Assembly (NCBI GenBank): GCA_024231215.1
Contig: JAAEQR010000195.1
Coordinates: forward strand, 14,755-78,754
Source: PVC group bacterium
GTDB lineage: Bacteria > Omnitrophota > Gorgyraeia > B26-G9
Length of the DNA: 64,000 nucleotides
Direction: 5' to 3'
The position numbers were made by a program, and so were the translations under genes. The notes beneath the pieces were generated by a model, which was not told where the DNA came from, made no database searches, and saw only the letters and a program-made list of their open reading frames with translations. Of this stretch, positions 1-9,995 are shown one piece after another. Position 1 is the first letter of the stretch. Each line of letters opens with the position of its first letter.

Positions 1-2
1 TT

Positions 3-551
3 GATACTGTTCATTCTGCGGTTGCACGGCGATCTCTGGATCTGGGGGCAAGTATCATCAATGATATTTCTGCATTGAGTGTGGATACAAATATGGGGAG
101 TGTGATTGCTGAATATAAAGCTGGGGTTATTCTGATGCATATGCAAGGAACCCCGCAGACAATGCAGGAAAACCCTGTATATAATGATATTCTTGAGGAT
201 GTTGTTGAATTTTTAAAACAAGCAAAGAAACAAGCGCTTGCTTGCGGGATTGAAGAACAATGTATTGCAATTGATCCCGGTATTGGTTTTGGTAAAACAA
301 CAAAGCATAATTTAAAAATAATAAAGCATCTGGATCAGTTTAAGAAAATAGAACAGCCGATTTTGATTGGGACATCACGAAAATCTTTCATCGGTAATGT
401 TATAGATGTTCCGGTAACAGAACGTGAGTTTGGTACTGCAGCAAGTGTTGTTTATTCAATAATAAACGGAGCAGATATTATCCGGGTACATAATGTGAAA
501 CAGATGCGGCAGGTAGCATCATTAACAGATGCAATTAGCAGGCAGGAATAA
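3..551 (+). CDS. folP: dihydropteroate synthase (5'-partial)
   Basis: Frame open from the window edge (DTVHSAVARRSLDLGASIINDIS); motifs MHMQG, IDPGIGFGK, GTSRKSFIG, IIRVH. Confidence 0.95.
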   Translation, partial: DTVHSAVARRSLDLGASIINDISALSVDTNMGSVIAEYKAGVILMHMQGTPQTMQENPVYNDILEDVVEFLKQAKKQALACGIEEQCIAIDPGIGFGKTTKHNLKIIKHLDQFKKIEQPILIGTSRKSFIGNVIDVPVTEREFGTAASVVYSIINGADIIRVHNVKQMRQVASLTDAISRQE

Positions 552-557
552 GAAGAT

Positions 558-1361
558 ATGAATATAGATTTGAATGCTTTCGAAATAGTAAAAGTGGTAG
601 TAGAAATATCTATTATCTGGTTTTTACTTTATCGTTTTATGTTGTTTATTCGGGGGACGCGGGTTGTGCCTCTTTTGCGTGGGATTGTGGTATTGATAAT
701 CCTTTTTTCTTTAACGCATATTTTAAATCTTGTGGTTGTGAACTGGATTCTGACCAAATTATTTACTATATCCGTAATTGGATTTTTAATTCTTTTTCAG
801 CCGGAGATCCGTAGAGGTTTAAGCAAGATCGGACAGACATACTTTTTCGATTTATTTTCTACAGTACCGGAAGAAGGAGTAGTGAATAAAATTAGCCAGT
901 CTTTAGTCGTACTTGCCCAAAAGCGTATTGGGGTCTTGGTTGCTTTTGAACGCAGTGTTGGCCTTAAAACATATGCTGAGACTGGAGTGAAAATGGACTC
1001 GTTGGTTAGTTCTGAGTTACTAAATACTATTTTTGCTCCTTTGGGCCCCTTACATGATGGCGGAGTGATTGTTAGTGCGGGGCGGGTTATTGCCGCCGGG
1101 TGTCTTTTCCCGCTTTCGCAAAATCCAAATATAGATAGATCCCTGGGCACACGTCATCGTGCGGCAGTGGGGTTAAGCGAGGAGACAGATGCGGTTGTGG
1201 TCATGGTTTCGGAAGAAACAGGAAAGATCTCGATTGCTCACGCGGGAAAGCTGATTAGTGATTTTGAAGGTAAGGATTTTAATTTTGTTTTGAAGAATAT
1301 CCTGCATCAGCAGGAAGAGAAGAAAAAAACGTTTTTTTATAGCTGGAGACATAAGAAATAA
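558..1361 (+). CDS. cdaA: diadenylate cyclase CdaA/DacA
   Basis: Three N-terminal TM helices; PLHDGG and GTRHRAA motifs; cdaA-cdaR-glmM synteny. Confidence 0.95.
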   Translation: MNIDLNAFEIVKVVVEISIIWFLLYRFMLFIRGTRVVPLLRGIVVLIILFSLTHILNLVVVNWILTKLFTISVIGFLILFQPEIRRGLSKIGQTYFFDLFSTVPEEGVVNKISQSLVVLAQKRIGVLVAFERSVGLKTYAETGVKMDSLVSSELLNTIFAPLGPLHDGGVIVSAGRVIAAGCLFPLSQNPNIDRSLGTRHRAAVGLSEETDAVVVMVSEETGKISIAHAGKLISDFEGKDFNFVLKNILHQQEEKKKTFFYSWRHKK

Positions 1362-1768
1362 TGAAAGTTAAGAAAAGTCACAGAGCTATATGGCTCAAGA
1401 TATTCAGCTTATTACTGGCTATAGTGATTTGGATTTATATCAATGGTATTGTCCAGAGGATTAGTGGCGGACCTATTGCTTATAAAGATTTAGAAGAAGT
1501 AGCTATTCTAGTCATGGGAGAGCCGGTAGTCTTGGGTAAAAATGTGGTTTCCGTGGAACTTGAGAAAAATTTTATTGATTTACGGGTAAAAGGTCCGGAG
1601 CAGGAAATAGAACAATTAACGCAGATGGATGTTACTGCTTATGTAAATGTAACAGGGTTGAAATCTGGAAAAACATATAGTCCGGTTGTGAAATTTGTTA
1701 TGCCTTCAAATATGAGCATCGTGGGGGCTTCACCGTTAATAAGGGTGGAAATAAAAGAAGTATTATAA
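1361..1768 (+). CDS. CdaR/YbbR-like protein (short, single domain)
   Basis: N-terminal anchor WLKIFSLLLAIVIWIYI, V-x-V-x-G pattern, position between cdaA and glmM. Confidence 0.75.
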   Translation: MKVKKSHRAIWLKIFSLLLAIVIWIYINGIVQRISGGPIAYKDLEEVAILVMGEPVVLGKNVVSVELEKNFIDLRVKGPEQEIEQLTQMDVTAYVNVTGLKSGKTYSPVVKFVMPSNMSIVGASPLIRVEIKEVL

Positions 1769-1770
1769 GG

Positions 1771-3132
1771 ATGGATGACAAAATGAAACGATTGTTTGGA
1801 ACAGACGGCATTAGGGGTAAATTTAAAGAATGGCCGCTAACAACAGATGTTATTTATAATGTAAGTTTAGCGACAGGAATTTGGTTGAAAAAGAAACATA
1901 AACGAAAAAGACCCCTCCGGGTAATTATTGGCAAAGACACAAGGTATTCTTGTGATGCGATAGAAAAATATTTAGCTGCGGGTTTTACCCAAAAAGGTAT
2001 AGAGGTTTATTCAGCGGGCGTTCTCCCGACTCCGGGACTGGCCTATCTTGCCAATACAATGGATGTAGAATTAGGGATAATGATTTCTGCATCGCATAAT
2101 CCGGCCGATGATAACGGTATTAAATTTTTTAAGCATAACGGTTATAAGCTTACAGAAATTGAAGAATGCCAAATAGAGAAGATAATTTTTGCGTTATTGG
2201 ATAAGAAAAGTAAGGCAAAGAAGCAAGGGCGTATTAAATTAAAAAAGATTTCAGCAGAGCCTTATATGGAACATTTAAAGCAGTGTGTAGCAGGCTTAGA
2301 TCTTAAGGGTAAAAAAGTTGTTATTGATTGCGCGAATGGTGCTGTATCTGATTACGCGGGACGACTTCTGAAAGATTTTGGGGCAAAAGTTACAGCGCTT
2401 TCCGCTAAACCTGACGGCCGGAATATTAATCGAAATTGTGGTTCTTTGCACCCGGAACGAGCTGCGGATCAAATTAAGAGAAAAGGAGCTTGCGTTGGTT
2501 TTTCCTTTGATGGTGACGGAGACAGGGTTATTTATAGTAATGAAAAAGGTGTTGTCTGCGACGGAGATCAAATAATGACTTTGGTTGCCAGACATTTTAT
2601 GAAAAAAAAGAAACTGGCAAGTAAAACAGTTGTTGCAACTTCAATGAGTAATTTTGGATTAGGCAAGATATTAGATAAGCTGAAAGTAAAATTAATCCGG
2701 GCTGATGTTGGGGATAAATATGTATTGGAACAAATACTAAAAAATAAAGCAAATTTTGGCGGAGAGCAATCCGGGCATATTATTTTTCTTGATTACGCGA
2801 CAACCGGGGACGGAATGTTGACTGCTTTACAAATATTACAGATAATGCAGGAAACAGGAACAGCGGCAAGCAGGCTCGCGACAGGATATAAAAGATATCC
2901 GCAATTATTAATTAATATTCGGGTGAAAGAAAAGAAGGATTTTAAAAAAATACCTTCAGTTTGGGAAAAAGCACAGGAAGTAGAAAAAACATTAAAGGGT
3001 GATGGACGGCTGGTTTTGCGTTATTCCGGAACTGAGCCATTAGCCAGAGTTATGGTTGAGGGCAAATGTAAACGTCAGATAAAAAAATTAGCTTATTCGA
3101 TTATAGATGAAATTAAAAAAGAAATAGGATGA
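1771..3132 (+). CDS. glmM: phosphoglucosamine mutase
   Basis: [36 protein letters not shown]. Confidence 0.95.
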   Translation: MDDKMKRLFGTDGIRGKFKEWPLTTDVIYNVSLATGIWLKKKHKRKRPLRVIIGKDTRYSCDAIEKYLAAGFTQKGIEVYSAGVLPTPGLAYLANTMDVELGIMISASHNPADDNGIKFFKHNGYKLTEIEECQIEKIIFALLDKKSKAKKQGRIKLKKISAEPYMEHLKQCVAGLDLKGKKVVIDCANGAVSDYAGRLLKDFGAKVTALSAKPDGRNINRNCGSLHPERAADQIKRKGACVGFSFDGDGDRVIYSNEKGVVCDGDQIMTLVARHFMKKKKLASKTVVATSMSNFGLGKILDKLKVKLIRADVGDKYVLEQILKNKANFGGEQSGHIIFLDYATTGDGMLTALQILQIMQETGTAASRLATGYKRYPQLLINIRVKEKKDFKKIPSVWEKAQEVEKTLKGDGRLVLRYSGTEPLARVMVEGKCKRQIKKLAYSIIDEIKKEIG

Positions 3133-3136
3133 AATA

Positions 3137-3874
3137 ATGGTAAAACTGGGCGTTAATATAGATCATGTGGCAACTGTACGTCAGGCAAGACGTACGATTG
3201 AGCCGGATCCTGTGGCTGCGGCTGTATTGGTTGAGCTTGCCGGAGGGGACGGGATCACCGTGCATCTAAGGGAAGACAGAAGACATATTAACGATCGCGA
3301 TGTGGATATTCTGCGTCAGGTTGTGCGCACAAAACTGAATTTGGAGATGTCTATAGCTCCTTCTATTGTGAAAATCGCTTGCCGGATAAAACCGGACCAG
3401 GTAACTTTGGTTCCGGAGAAACGGCAGGAGATAACTACAGAAGGTGGTTTGAATGTATCCGGACAATTGAAAAAGATAAAAAAAACAGTTAAGACCTTAC
3501 AGAAAAAAGGTATTGTGGTGAGTCTTTTTATTGCCGCGGAAAAAAAACAAATAGAAGCTGCTAGTAAGACCGGAGCAGAGTTTATAGAGTTACATACCGG
3601 ACGGTATGCTAATATGAAAAGTAAAAAGACAGCAGATAAAGAATTGAGGGTATTGGCCATAGGTGCTGTACTGGCAAAGTCTTTGGGATTGAGAGTTAAT
3701 GCCGGTCATGGTTTGACATATTTGAATACTCGCGAATTAGTAGAAACAGTTCCGTATTTAGAAGAACTCAATATCGGGCATTCAATAGTTTCCAAGGCAG
3801 TTTTGGTGGGGATGGAAAACGCGGTTCTTGAGATGAAAGAACTTATAAATTCGTGCCAGCAAGGAGATAATTAG
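3137..3874 (+). CDS. pdxJ: pyridoxine 5'-phosphate synthase
   Basis: [43 protein letters not shown]. Confidence 0.97.
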   Translation: MVKLGVNIDHVATVRQARRTIEPDPVAAAVLVELAGGDGITVHLREDRRHINDRDVDILRQVVRTKLNLEMSIAPSIVKIACRIKPDQVTLVPEKRQEITTEGGLNVSGQLKKIKKTVKTLQKKGIVVSLFIAAEKKQIEAASKTGAEFIELHTGRYANMKSKKTADKELRVLAIGAVLAKSLGLRVNAGHGLTYLNTRELVETVPYLEELNIGHSIVSKAVLVGMENAVLEMKELINSCQQGDN

Positions 3875-4263
3875 TGATGATTAGCTGTGGCACGGATATT
3901 TTAGAAACCCAAAGAATGAAAAATGCTGTCCAGAAATGGGATCAGGCGTTTTTAAAAAGAATTTTTACTGAAAAAGAGATTGAATATTCGATGGGTAAAA
4001 GATTTTACTTTGAACATTTAGCAGCGCGTTTTGCCGCAAAAGAAGCAGTGTTCAAAGCATTTGGCGAAGGATTCAGCAGTGCTAACTTTAAAGATATTGA
4101 AATTGTAAACGATAAAAACGGCCGTCCCAGTGTACTATTAAAAGGCGCGATGCAGGAATTGAGCAACAACCAGAAGGTAGATAGTATCGCAATCAGCATG
4201 TCTCATACTAGAAATTATGCTCAGGCGATGGCAATTATTACCCGAAAAAGTGAAGAAAATTAA
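3874..4263 (+). CDS. acpS: holo-ACP synthase
   Basis: GTDI, LAARFAAKEAVFKA, SMSH. Confidence 0.95.
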   Translation: MMISCGTDILETQRMKNAVQKWDQAFLKRIFTEKEIEYSMGKRFYFEHLAARFAAKEAVFKAFGEGFSSANFKDIEIVNDKNGRPSVLLKGAMQELSNNQKVDSIAISMSHTRNYAQAMAIITRKSEEN

Positions 4264-5104
4264 AACTAATTTTTTAAGAAGAAATAAAGATGCCCATAAA
4301 GGAGACTTTGGTCATCTTTTTGTATTAGCTGGTTCTCGCGGATTTACCGGAGCAGCATATCTTTGCACGCAAGCGGCGTTACTAAGCGGAGCGGGATTAG
4401 TTACTTTAGGTATTCCAAAAAGTTCAAATGTGATTGTTGCTAAGAAGCTGGTAGAGGCAATGACTAAACCGTTGCCTGAGACGAAAAATGGAAGTTTGGA
4501 TGCTAAAGCGTTTTCAGAGATAAAACGGTTTTTAGCTAAGATAAATGTTTTAGCTATTGGTCCGGGATTATCACAAAATCCGACTACTCAGCGCTTAATT
4601 CGCAAGATCATTAAAGAGGTCGATTTACCTATGGTGATTGACGCAGACGGATTAAACGCTTTAGCGGGGCATATGGATATACTTAAAAACCGGACTGCTC
4701 CGACGGTAATTACTCCTCATCCAGGGGAGATGGGGCGTCTTTTGGGTATGCCTGCTGTCAAAGTACAAAAAAATAGAAGAATACTTGCAAAAAGACTATC
4801 TTGTATGTATAATATTGTAACTGTGTTAAAAGGCCGGGGTACAGTGGTAGTATCCAAAGCCGGGAAAGTTTTTGAGAACACTACGGGAAACCCGGGCATG
4901 GCTAAGGGTGGTAGTGGTGATGTATTGACTGGAATTCTTGCAGCCTTTCTGGCACAGGGAGCAGATCCTTTTGAAGCGGCGAAATTAGCGGTATATGTGC
5001 ATGGATTAGCCGGGGATATAGCAGTAAAAGCAAAAGGACAGATCAGTCTTCTGGCAACGGATATAATAAATGTATTGCCGAAGGCGTTTAAAAAGATTAT
5101 TTGA
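4250..5104 (+). CDS. nnrD: ADP-dependent NAD(P)H-hydrate dehydratase (stand-alone)
   Basis: HKGDFG, AIGPGL, VIDADGLN, ITPHPGEM, GGSGDVLTG; GTG start at 4250 preferred. Confidence 0.92.
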   Translation: MKKIKTNFLRRNKDAHKGDFGHLFVLAGSRGFTGAAYLCTQAALLSGAGLVTLGIPKSSNVIVAKKLVEAMTKPLPETKNGSLDAKAFSEIKRFLAKINVLAIGPGLSQNPTTQRLIRKIIKEVDLPMVIDADGLNALAGHMDILKNRTAPTVITPHPGEMGRLLGMPAVKVQKNRRILAKRLSCMYNIVTVLKGRGTVVVSKAGKVFENTTGNPGMAKGGSGDVLTGILAAFLAQGADPFEAAKLAVYVHGLAGDIAVKAKGQISLLATDIINVLPKAFKKII

Positions 5105-5117
5105 TAAAGAATTCGGT

Positions 5118-5192
5118 GCTGGCGTGGCTCAATGGTAGAGCAGCTGATTTGTAATCAGCGGGTTGGGGGTTCAAGTCCTCTCGCCAGCTCCA
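5118..5192 (+). tRNA. tRNA-Thr(TGT)
   Basis: Acceptor GCTGGCG/CGCCAGC, anticodon arm GCTGA-TTTGTAA-TCAGC, GGTTCAAG T-loop, encoded CCA. Confidence 0.97.
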
Positions 5193-5220
5193 TTTTTGAA
5201 ATGAAACACCAATTTTTTTT

Positions 5221-5305
5221 GGGCAGGTGGCCGAGTGGTCAAAGGCAGCAGACTGTAAATCTGTCGGCGCAGCCTACGTAGGTTCAAATCCTTCCCTGCC
5301 CACCA
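5221..5305 (+). tRNA. tRNA-Tyr(GTA)
   Basis: Acceptor GGGCAGG/CCTGCCC, CTGTAAA anticodon loop, long variable arm, encoded CCA. Confidence 0.97.
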
Positions 5306-5312
5306 TTTTTTT

Positions 5313-5386
5313 GCGGGAGTAGTTCAGTGGTAGAACAATAGCCTTCCAAGCTATATACGAGGGTTCGATTCCCTTCTCCCGCTCCA
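5313..5386 (+). tRNA. tRNA-Gly(TCC)
   Basis: Acceptor GCGGGAG/CTCCCGC, CTTCCAA anticodon loop, GGTTCGA T-loop, encoded CCA. Confidence 0.97.
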
Positions 5387-5395
5387 ATACAAAAT

Positions 5396-5420
5396 ACCCG
5401 GCTTTATGCCGGGTTTTTTT
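5396..5420 (+). terminator. intrinsic terminator after the tRNA cluster
   Basis: ACCCGGC-tttat-GCCGGGT followed by a T run. Confidence 0.85.
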
Positions 5421-5519
5421 ATTGGTAGAGCAGAAAGGGAATCGAAGAACTGGAACTTCCTTCTCTTCTTGGGAACTTTACCCCCTAAAGAGGTGTGTCT
5501 TCGGCACGCTGAAAGAAGT

Positions 5520-5548
5520 TTGACGCAAAGTAAATTTGGGATTATAAT
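5520..5548 (+). promoter_or_regulatory. sigma70-like promoter with no downstream sense gene
   Basis: TTGACG-N17-TATAAT. Confidence 0.55.
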
Positions 5549-5580
5549 GGTAATATAAAAAAGAACAAAGTTAAAGCTGC

Positions 5581-5739
5581 TTAGAATAATGTGTATATGA
5601 ATGGTGCGGCGGCTGAGCCTTGCCCCCAGACGATCAAAAGCCCTAAAAGCAATAAAAAGAAAACAATTGGTGCTAAAATCCAGTTTTTTCTTGCCTTTAA
5701 AAATTCCCAGAATTCTTTAATAATTGCTAATTTGCTCAT
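5581..5739 (-). CDS. small membrane protein, DUF5989/SxtK-like (52 aa)
   Basis: Hand translation MSKLAIIKEFWEFLKARKNWILAPIVFFLLLLGLLIVWGQGSAAAPFIYTLF; GGAG RBS; absent from the ORF track. Confidence 0.88.
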   Translation of the reverse strand: MSKLAIIKEFWEFLKARKNWILAPIVFFLLLLGLLIVWGQGSAAAPFIYTLF

Positions 5740-5754
5740 AATATTACTCCAAAA

Positions 5755-6159
5755 TTAAAACTGTTTTTCGTAATTGTTTAATTCTTTTCTTTTTATCCAA
5801 TAGCTGTTTGCTGTTTCATCTATTTTTAGATCGAGAAATTTTTTATTGAATAAGCGTGCGCATAGGCTGAGTGGTGTTAGTATGCTATAAAAGAATACAG
5901 TTAAGATTATTCGGGACATAAGCCAGCCAATAATAACAGCTAACCCCATCCATATTTTTTGAATAGGTTTAAGTAAGAGTGGGCAGGTAACTCCTAGACC
6001 TATTAGTATTGCTCCACAGAGCAAAAAGTAATTAGCAGATGATTTTTCTTTAAAGAGCAATATGCAGCTTATCACAGCAAGAATATTACCTATGGTCAAG
6101 GCAAATTCCCGCAGTTCTTTTTTTGTGCTTTTTATGTTTTTCATTTCTTGTTTAATCAT
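5755..6159 (-). CDS. SxtJ-family membrane protein
   Basis: ELREFALT, WMGLAVIIGW, SYWIKR...YEKQF; lies between carbamoyltransferase and DUF5989. Confidence 0.85.
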   Translation of the reverse strand: MIKQEMKNIKSTKKELREFALTIGNILAVISCILLFKEKSSANYFLLCGAILIGLGVTCPLLLKPIQKIWMGLAVIIGWLMSRIILTVFFYSILTPLSLCARLFNKKFLDLKIDETANSYWIKRKELNNYEKQF

Positions 6160-7924
6160 GGTTTTTTTTAATCAGAAAATTGCCAATCAGTAAATAATCC
6201 ATATTAGTATTTATGAAACAGGTGTACGCGTCTTCCGGAGTGCAGACTATCGGTTCTCCCCGGACATTGAAAGATGTATTTATAATTAAAGGACATCCAT
6301 ATTTTTCTTTAAATTTTTCCAATAATTGATAATAAAGACGGTTGTTTTTTTTCTTTTTTACTGTTTGAACCCGGGCTGAATAATCTATATGAGTTATAGC
6401 TGGTACAGATGAACGAACTATTTTTAGCTTATCCAGCCCCAAAAGTTGTTTTTCGTCACTTGTTATATCCTTACGCAGTTCTTTTTTAAGGGGAGAGACT
6501 AAAAGCATGTAAGGGCTTTCCCGATCAAGCTCAAAGTAATCAGCGCTATGCTCGGCCATTACCGAAGGAGCAAAAGGTCTAAAACTTTCTCTGAATTTTA
6601 TTTTTAAATTCATGATTTCCTGCATTTGCTCCGATCTTGCATCGCCGAGAATGGAGCGGCTGCCTAATGCGCGTGGGCCGAATTCCATGCGACCCTGAAA
6701 CCAGCCGATTACTTTTTTCTGGGCAATTAAATCGGCAATCTTTTCCGGGATTTCTTCATCTGAGAGTTTAATATGAGATATTCTATTATTTTCAAGATAT
6801 TCTAAAATCCCGGTGTTTTTATATTCCGGGCCAAGATATGATCCAAACTGAGAGTCTGTTTTTTCATCAGTTAAACGTTGGTTGTCTAAATATTGATACC
6901 AGACAAACAATGCCGCGCCAAGTGCGCCGCCGGCATCTCCGGCCGCTGGTTGAATCCAGATATTTTTAAAATTACTTTCGCGCAGTATGAGTCCGTTAGC
7001 AACACAGTTTAAAGCTACTCCTCCGGCAAGGCAGAGATTATCTTGCCCTGATTCTTTGTGGAGGTGATTAACCATGCGTAATAGTATTTCTTCGGTTACT
7101 TTTTGAATAGAAGCGGCAATATCCATATCACGCTGTCTTAGTTCAGATTCCGGTTTGCGTGGTGGCCCGCCGAATAGTTTATGAAATTTTTTATTGGTCA
7201 TAGTCAATCCGGCGCAATAGTTAAAGTATTTCATATTTAATTTAAAAGAGCCGTCTTTTTTAAGGTCCATAAGTTCAGTCAAAATAACATCTTTATATTC
7301 AGGTGTTCCGTAAGGGGCCAACCCCATTAGTTTATATTCGCCGGAATTGACTTTGAATCCAGCATAGTATGTAAACGCGGAGTATAGCAATCCCAGAGAA
7401 TGAGGGAACATCATTTCGGCTAAAATATTCAGTTTGTTATCGATTGCTGTTCCATAACTTGCGGTTGCCCATTCTCCCACCCCGTCGATAGTTAGGAACG
7501 CAGCTTTTTGAAAAGGAGAGGGGAAGAATGCTGAAGCTGCATGAGATTGGTGGTGTTCGGGAAAGATGATTTTCCCGTTAAATTCGAGGTTTTTACTTAT
7601 ATAGTCTTTAATCCAAAGTTTTTTGTTTATCCATAGAGGAATTGCCCGGATAAAAGAATTGATTCCTTGTGGCGCATAGGCAAGATAAGTTTGGATGATT
7701 CGTTCAAATTTAAGAAAAGGTTTCTCGTAAAAAGCAATAAAATCCAAGTCTTTCCCGTCTAGTCCGGCTTGATCTAAACAATACTTGATTGCGTTTTCCG
7801 GAAAAGAAGGATCGTGTTTTTTCCGTGTAAAACGTTCTTCCTGAGCCGCGGCAACAATAATGCCGTCTTGCACAAGGCAGGCTGCACTGTCATGATAAAA
7901 AGCTGATATGCCAAGAATATTCAT
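6152..7924 (-). CDS. carbamoyltransferase (CmcH/NodU family)
   Basis: ISAFYHDSAA, EHHQSHAASAF, GEYKLMGLAPYG, EFGPRALGSRS, NTSFNVRGEPIV. Confidence 0.95.
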   Translation of the reverse strand: MNILGISAFYHDSAACLVQDGIIVAAAQEERFTRKKHDPSFPENAIKYCLDQAGLDGKDLDFIAFYEKPFLKFERIIQTYLAYAPQGINSFIRAIPLWINKKLWIKDYISKNLEFNGKIIFPEHHQSHAASAFFPSPFQKAAFLTIDGVGEWATASYGTAIDNKLNILAEMMFPHSLGLLYSAFTYYAGFKVNSGEYKLMGLAPYGTPEYKDVILTELMDLKKDGSFKLNMKYFNYCAGLTMTNKKFHKLFGGPPRKPESELRQRDMDIAASIQKVTEEILLRMVNHLHKESGQDNLCLAGGVALNCVANGLILRESNFKNIWIQPAAGDAGGALGAALFVWYQYLDNQRLTDEKTDSQFGSYLGPEYKNTGILEYLENNRISHIKLSDEEIPEKIADLIAQKKVIGWFQGRMEFGPRALGSRSILGDARSEQMQEIMNLKIKFRESFRPFAPSVMAEHSADYFELDRESPYMLLVSPLKKELRKDITSDEKQLLGLDKLKIVRSSVPAITHIDYSARVQTVKKKKNNRLYYQLLEKFKEKYGCPLIINTSFNVRGEPIVCTPEDAYTCFINTNMDYLLIGNFLIKKNHD

Positions 7925-7934
7925 AGATTTTTAA

Positions 7935-8753
7935 TTATCGCCAGGTGACTTGCGCTTCATTGCGCAAAGGGGTTCTTTTATATTGAAATTTCGGATATCC
8001 GATCATCATTGCGCCATAAGAAGCTTGGCGTCTGTTTATTTTTAAAGCTTCCTGCATCGGCGGCCACATTGAGGCAGCCATTTGGAAATATCCTGCCCAG
8101 CAGCAACCTAGTTTAAATGCAGAAGCGGCAAGCTCTAAATGAGTAAGCGCGATCATGCATGATTGCGGGGCGGTCATATCTGCTTGTAGTCCGTAGGCAA
8201 TAATTATATGCGGGGCATTTCGACAGACAAGATCTATATCTGCTTCCCAGGCACTGACAATTCCTTGGAAATGTAATGCTTCGGCGATTGGATTACCTGC
8301 GGTAATTAAATTGCGCATCCAGTCTATTACTATTCCAGCCAGATGTTGTACATCATCTTTATTTTCAATAATTAGCCATTTAACCGGTTGCAAATTTATT
8401 CCTGAAGGTGCGTAACGGGCGATATCGATCAACTTAAGCAGTTTCTCGCATTCTACGGCCTCGTCTTTATAGCAACGAATGGATTTACGGCCTTTAAAAA
8501 ATAATTCTATTTGATCGGGGCTGAGTTGCCAATTTTCCGGTAGAGATGTGCATTGTTCAGGACTCATTGTTTTTAGAGATAAAGCTCCATGTGGACAGAC
8601 ACTAACACAATGTCCGCAATTAATACATAATGTTTCTGCTTCAGCAACTGGCGTGGGTAGATTTTCTTTTATCTGAATAATGTTTCGCGGACATGCCGCA
8701 GCGCAAGCTCCGTCGCCAACACATTTTTCTTTATCAATAGTAAATAAGCTCAT
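7935..8753 (-). CDS. nitroreductase with N-terminal ferredoxin domain
   Basis: CVGDGACAAACP and CINCGHCVSVCP; RKSIR, APSGINLQP. Confidence 0.9.
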   Translation of the reverse strand: MSLFTIDKEKCVGDGACAAACPRNIIQIKENLPTPVAEAETLCINCGHCVSVCPHGALSLKTMSPEQCTSLPENWQLSPDQIELFFKGRKSIRCYKDEAVECEKLLKLIDIARYAPSGINLQPVKWLIIENKDDVQHLAGIVIDWMRNLITAGNPIAEALHFQGIVSAWEADIDLVCRNAPHIIIAYGLQADMTAPQSCMIALTHLELAASAFKLGCCWAGYFQMAASMWPPMQEALKINRRQASYGAMMIGYPKFQYKRTPLRNEAQVTWR

Positions 8754-8919
8754 GTATATTCCTCCTGATTTTATGTCTGGATAATATTGTACCTCAGATT
8801 ACAATTATTTCACAAGCGTAATATATATTTTAACAATTGTATATTTGCAGCATCCATAGAAAAACATTTGTATTTTTTAAAAACCTTGTTTATGATATAA
8901 CTAACCAAGGAGTTAAATC

Positions 8920-9993
8920 ATGTCGAAAAGCATTGTATATTTTCAAGAAGCAACAAATGGAAAAGACGCAGTACAAATAAAATCAAAATTTAAAAACCTT
9001 ATTAAAAAAAGTGGTTTATGTGATGAATTTAAAAAAGGAGAGATTATTCCGGTAAAAGTACATATGGGAGAAAAAGGTAATACCGGTTATGTTGCCCCGG
9101 AAGTTGTCAAAGCCATGGTCGATAAGCTGAAATCAAAGGCAGCTAAACCTTTTGTTACAGATACCAATGTATTATATTCCGGACTGCGTGCGAATACAGT
9201 AGATCATCTAATGCTTGCAAGCGAACACGGGTTTGATATTAATAGTCTTGGATGTCCGGTAGTGATTGCGGATGGTTTATTAGGTGAAAACGCAGAAAAT
9301 GTTTTTATTTATAAAAAACATTTTGAACATGTTAATATTGCCCGGCCTTTTTTGCGGGTAGAGAATTTTATTAGTATTGCCCATGTAACTTCGCATATGC
9401 TGACTTCATTTGCCGCGTCAGTTAAAAATGTGGGCATGGGTTGTGCTTCCCGGGCTGGGAAACTAAAACAACATTCTAATATCAAGCCAAAGGTAAAACC
9501 GTTGAAATGTGTTTTATGCGGACAGTGTGCTAAGTATTGCCCGGCAGATGCAATCATCGAAAAAAACAGTAAGGCTTTTATTCAACCGGATATTTGTATC
9601 GGATGTGCCGAATGTATTGCTGCCTGTAAATTCAGCGCAATAATTGACGATTATGGTGAAAACGTAAAAGTATTGGTTGAAAAAATGGTTGAATATGCGC
9701 ATGGAGTGCTTTTGCATGTAAAGCACAGAGCATTTTTTAATTTTGCGATTAATATCACCAAAAATTGCGATTGTATGGCTAAATCCGAGCCTTCGATCGT
9801 TAATGATATAGGAATTTTTGCCTCGGTCGATCCGGTTGCTTGTGATAAAGCAGTGGTTGATATGGTGCTTTCACGATTGGAAGATGATGTTTTTCAAAAA
9901 GAATGGCCCCAGGCAAGTAATGCTATGGACCAGTTGAATTATGCTGCAGAAATTGGGTTGGGTAATTTAGATTATGAATTGGTGGTTGTTTGA
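8920..9993 (+). CDS. DUF362 Fe-S protein
   Basis: KVHMGEKGN, TDTNVLY, two CxxCxxCxxxC motifs, CDC, DPVACD. Confidence 0.88.
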   Translation: MSKSIVYFQEATNGKDAVQIKSKFKNLIKKSGLCDEFKKGEIIPVKVHMGEKGNTGYVAPEVVKAMVDKLKSKAAKPFVTDTNVLYSGLRANTVDHLMLASEHGFDINSLGCPVVIADGLLGENAENVFIYKKHFEHVNIARPFLRVENFISIAHVTSHMLTSFAASVKNVGMGCASRAGKLKQHSNIKPKVKPLKCVLCGQCAKYCPADAIIEKNSKAFIQPDICIGCAECIAACKFSAIIDDYGENVKVLVEKMVEYAHGVLLHVKHRAFFNFAINITKNCDCMAKSEPSIVNDIGIFASVDPVACDKAVVDMVLSRLEDDVFQKEWPQASNAMDQLNYAAEIGLGNLDYELVVV

Positions 9994-9995
9994 AT

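Noticed and set aside
5581-7924. Saxitoxin biosynthesis cluster
   Set aside because: No sxtA, sxtG or other core genes seen; the triad alone is not diagnostic
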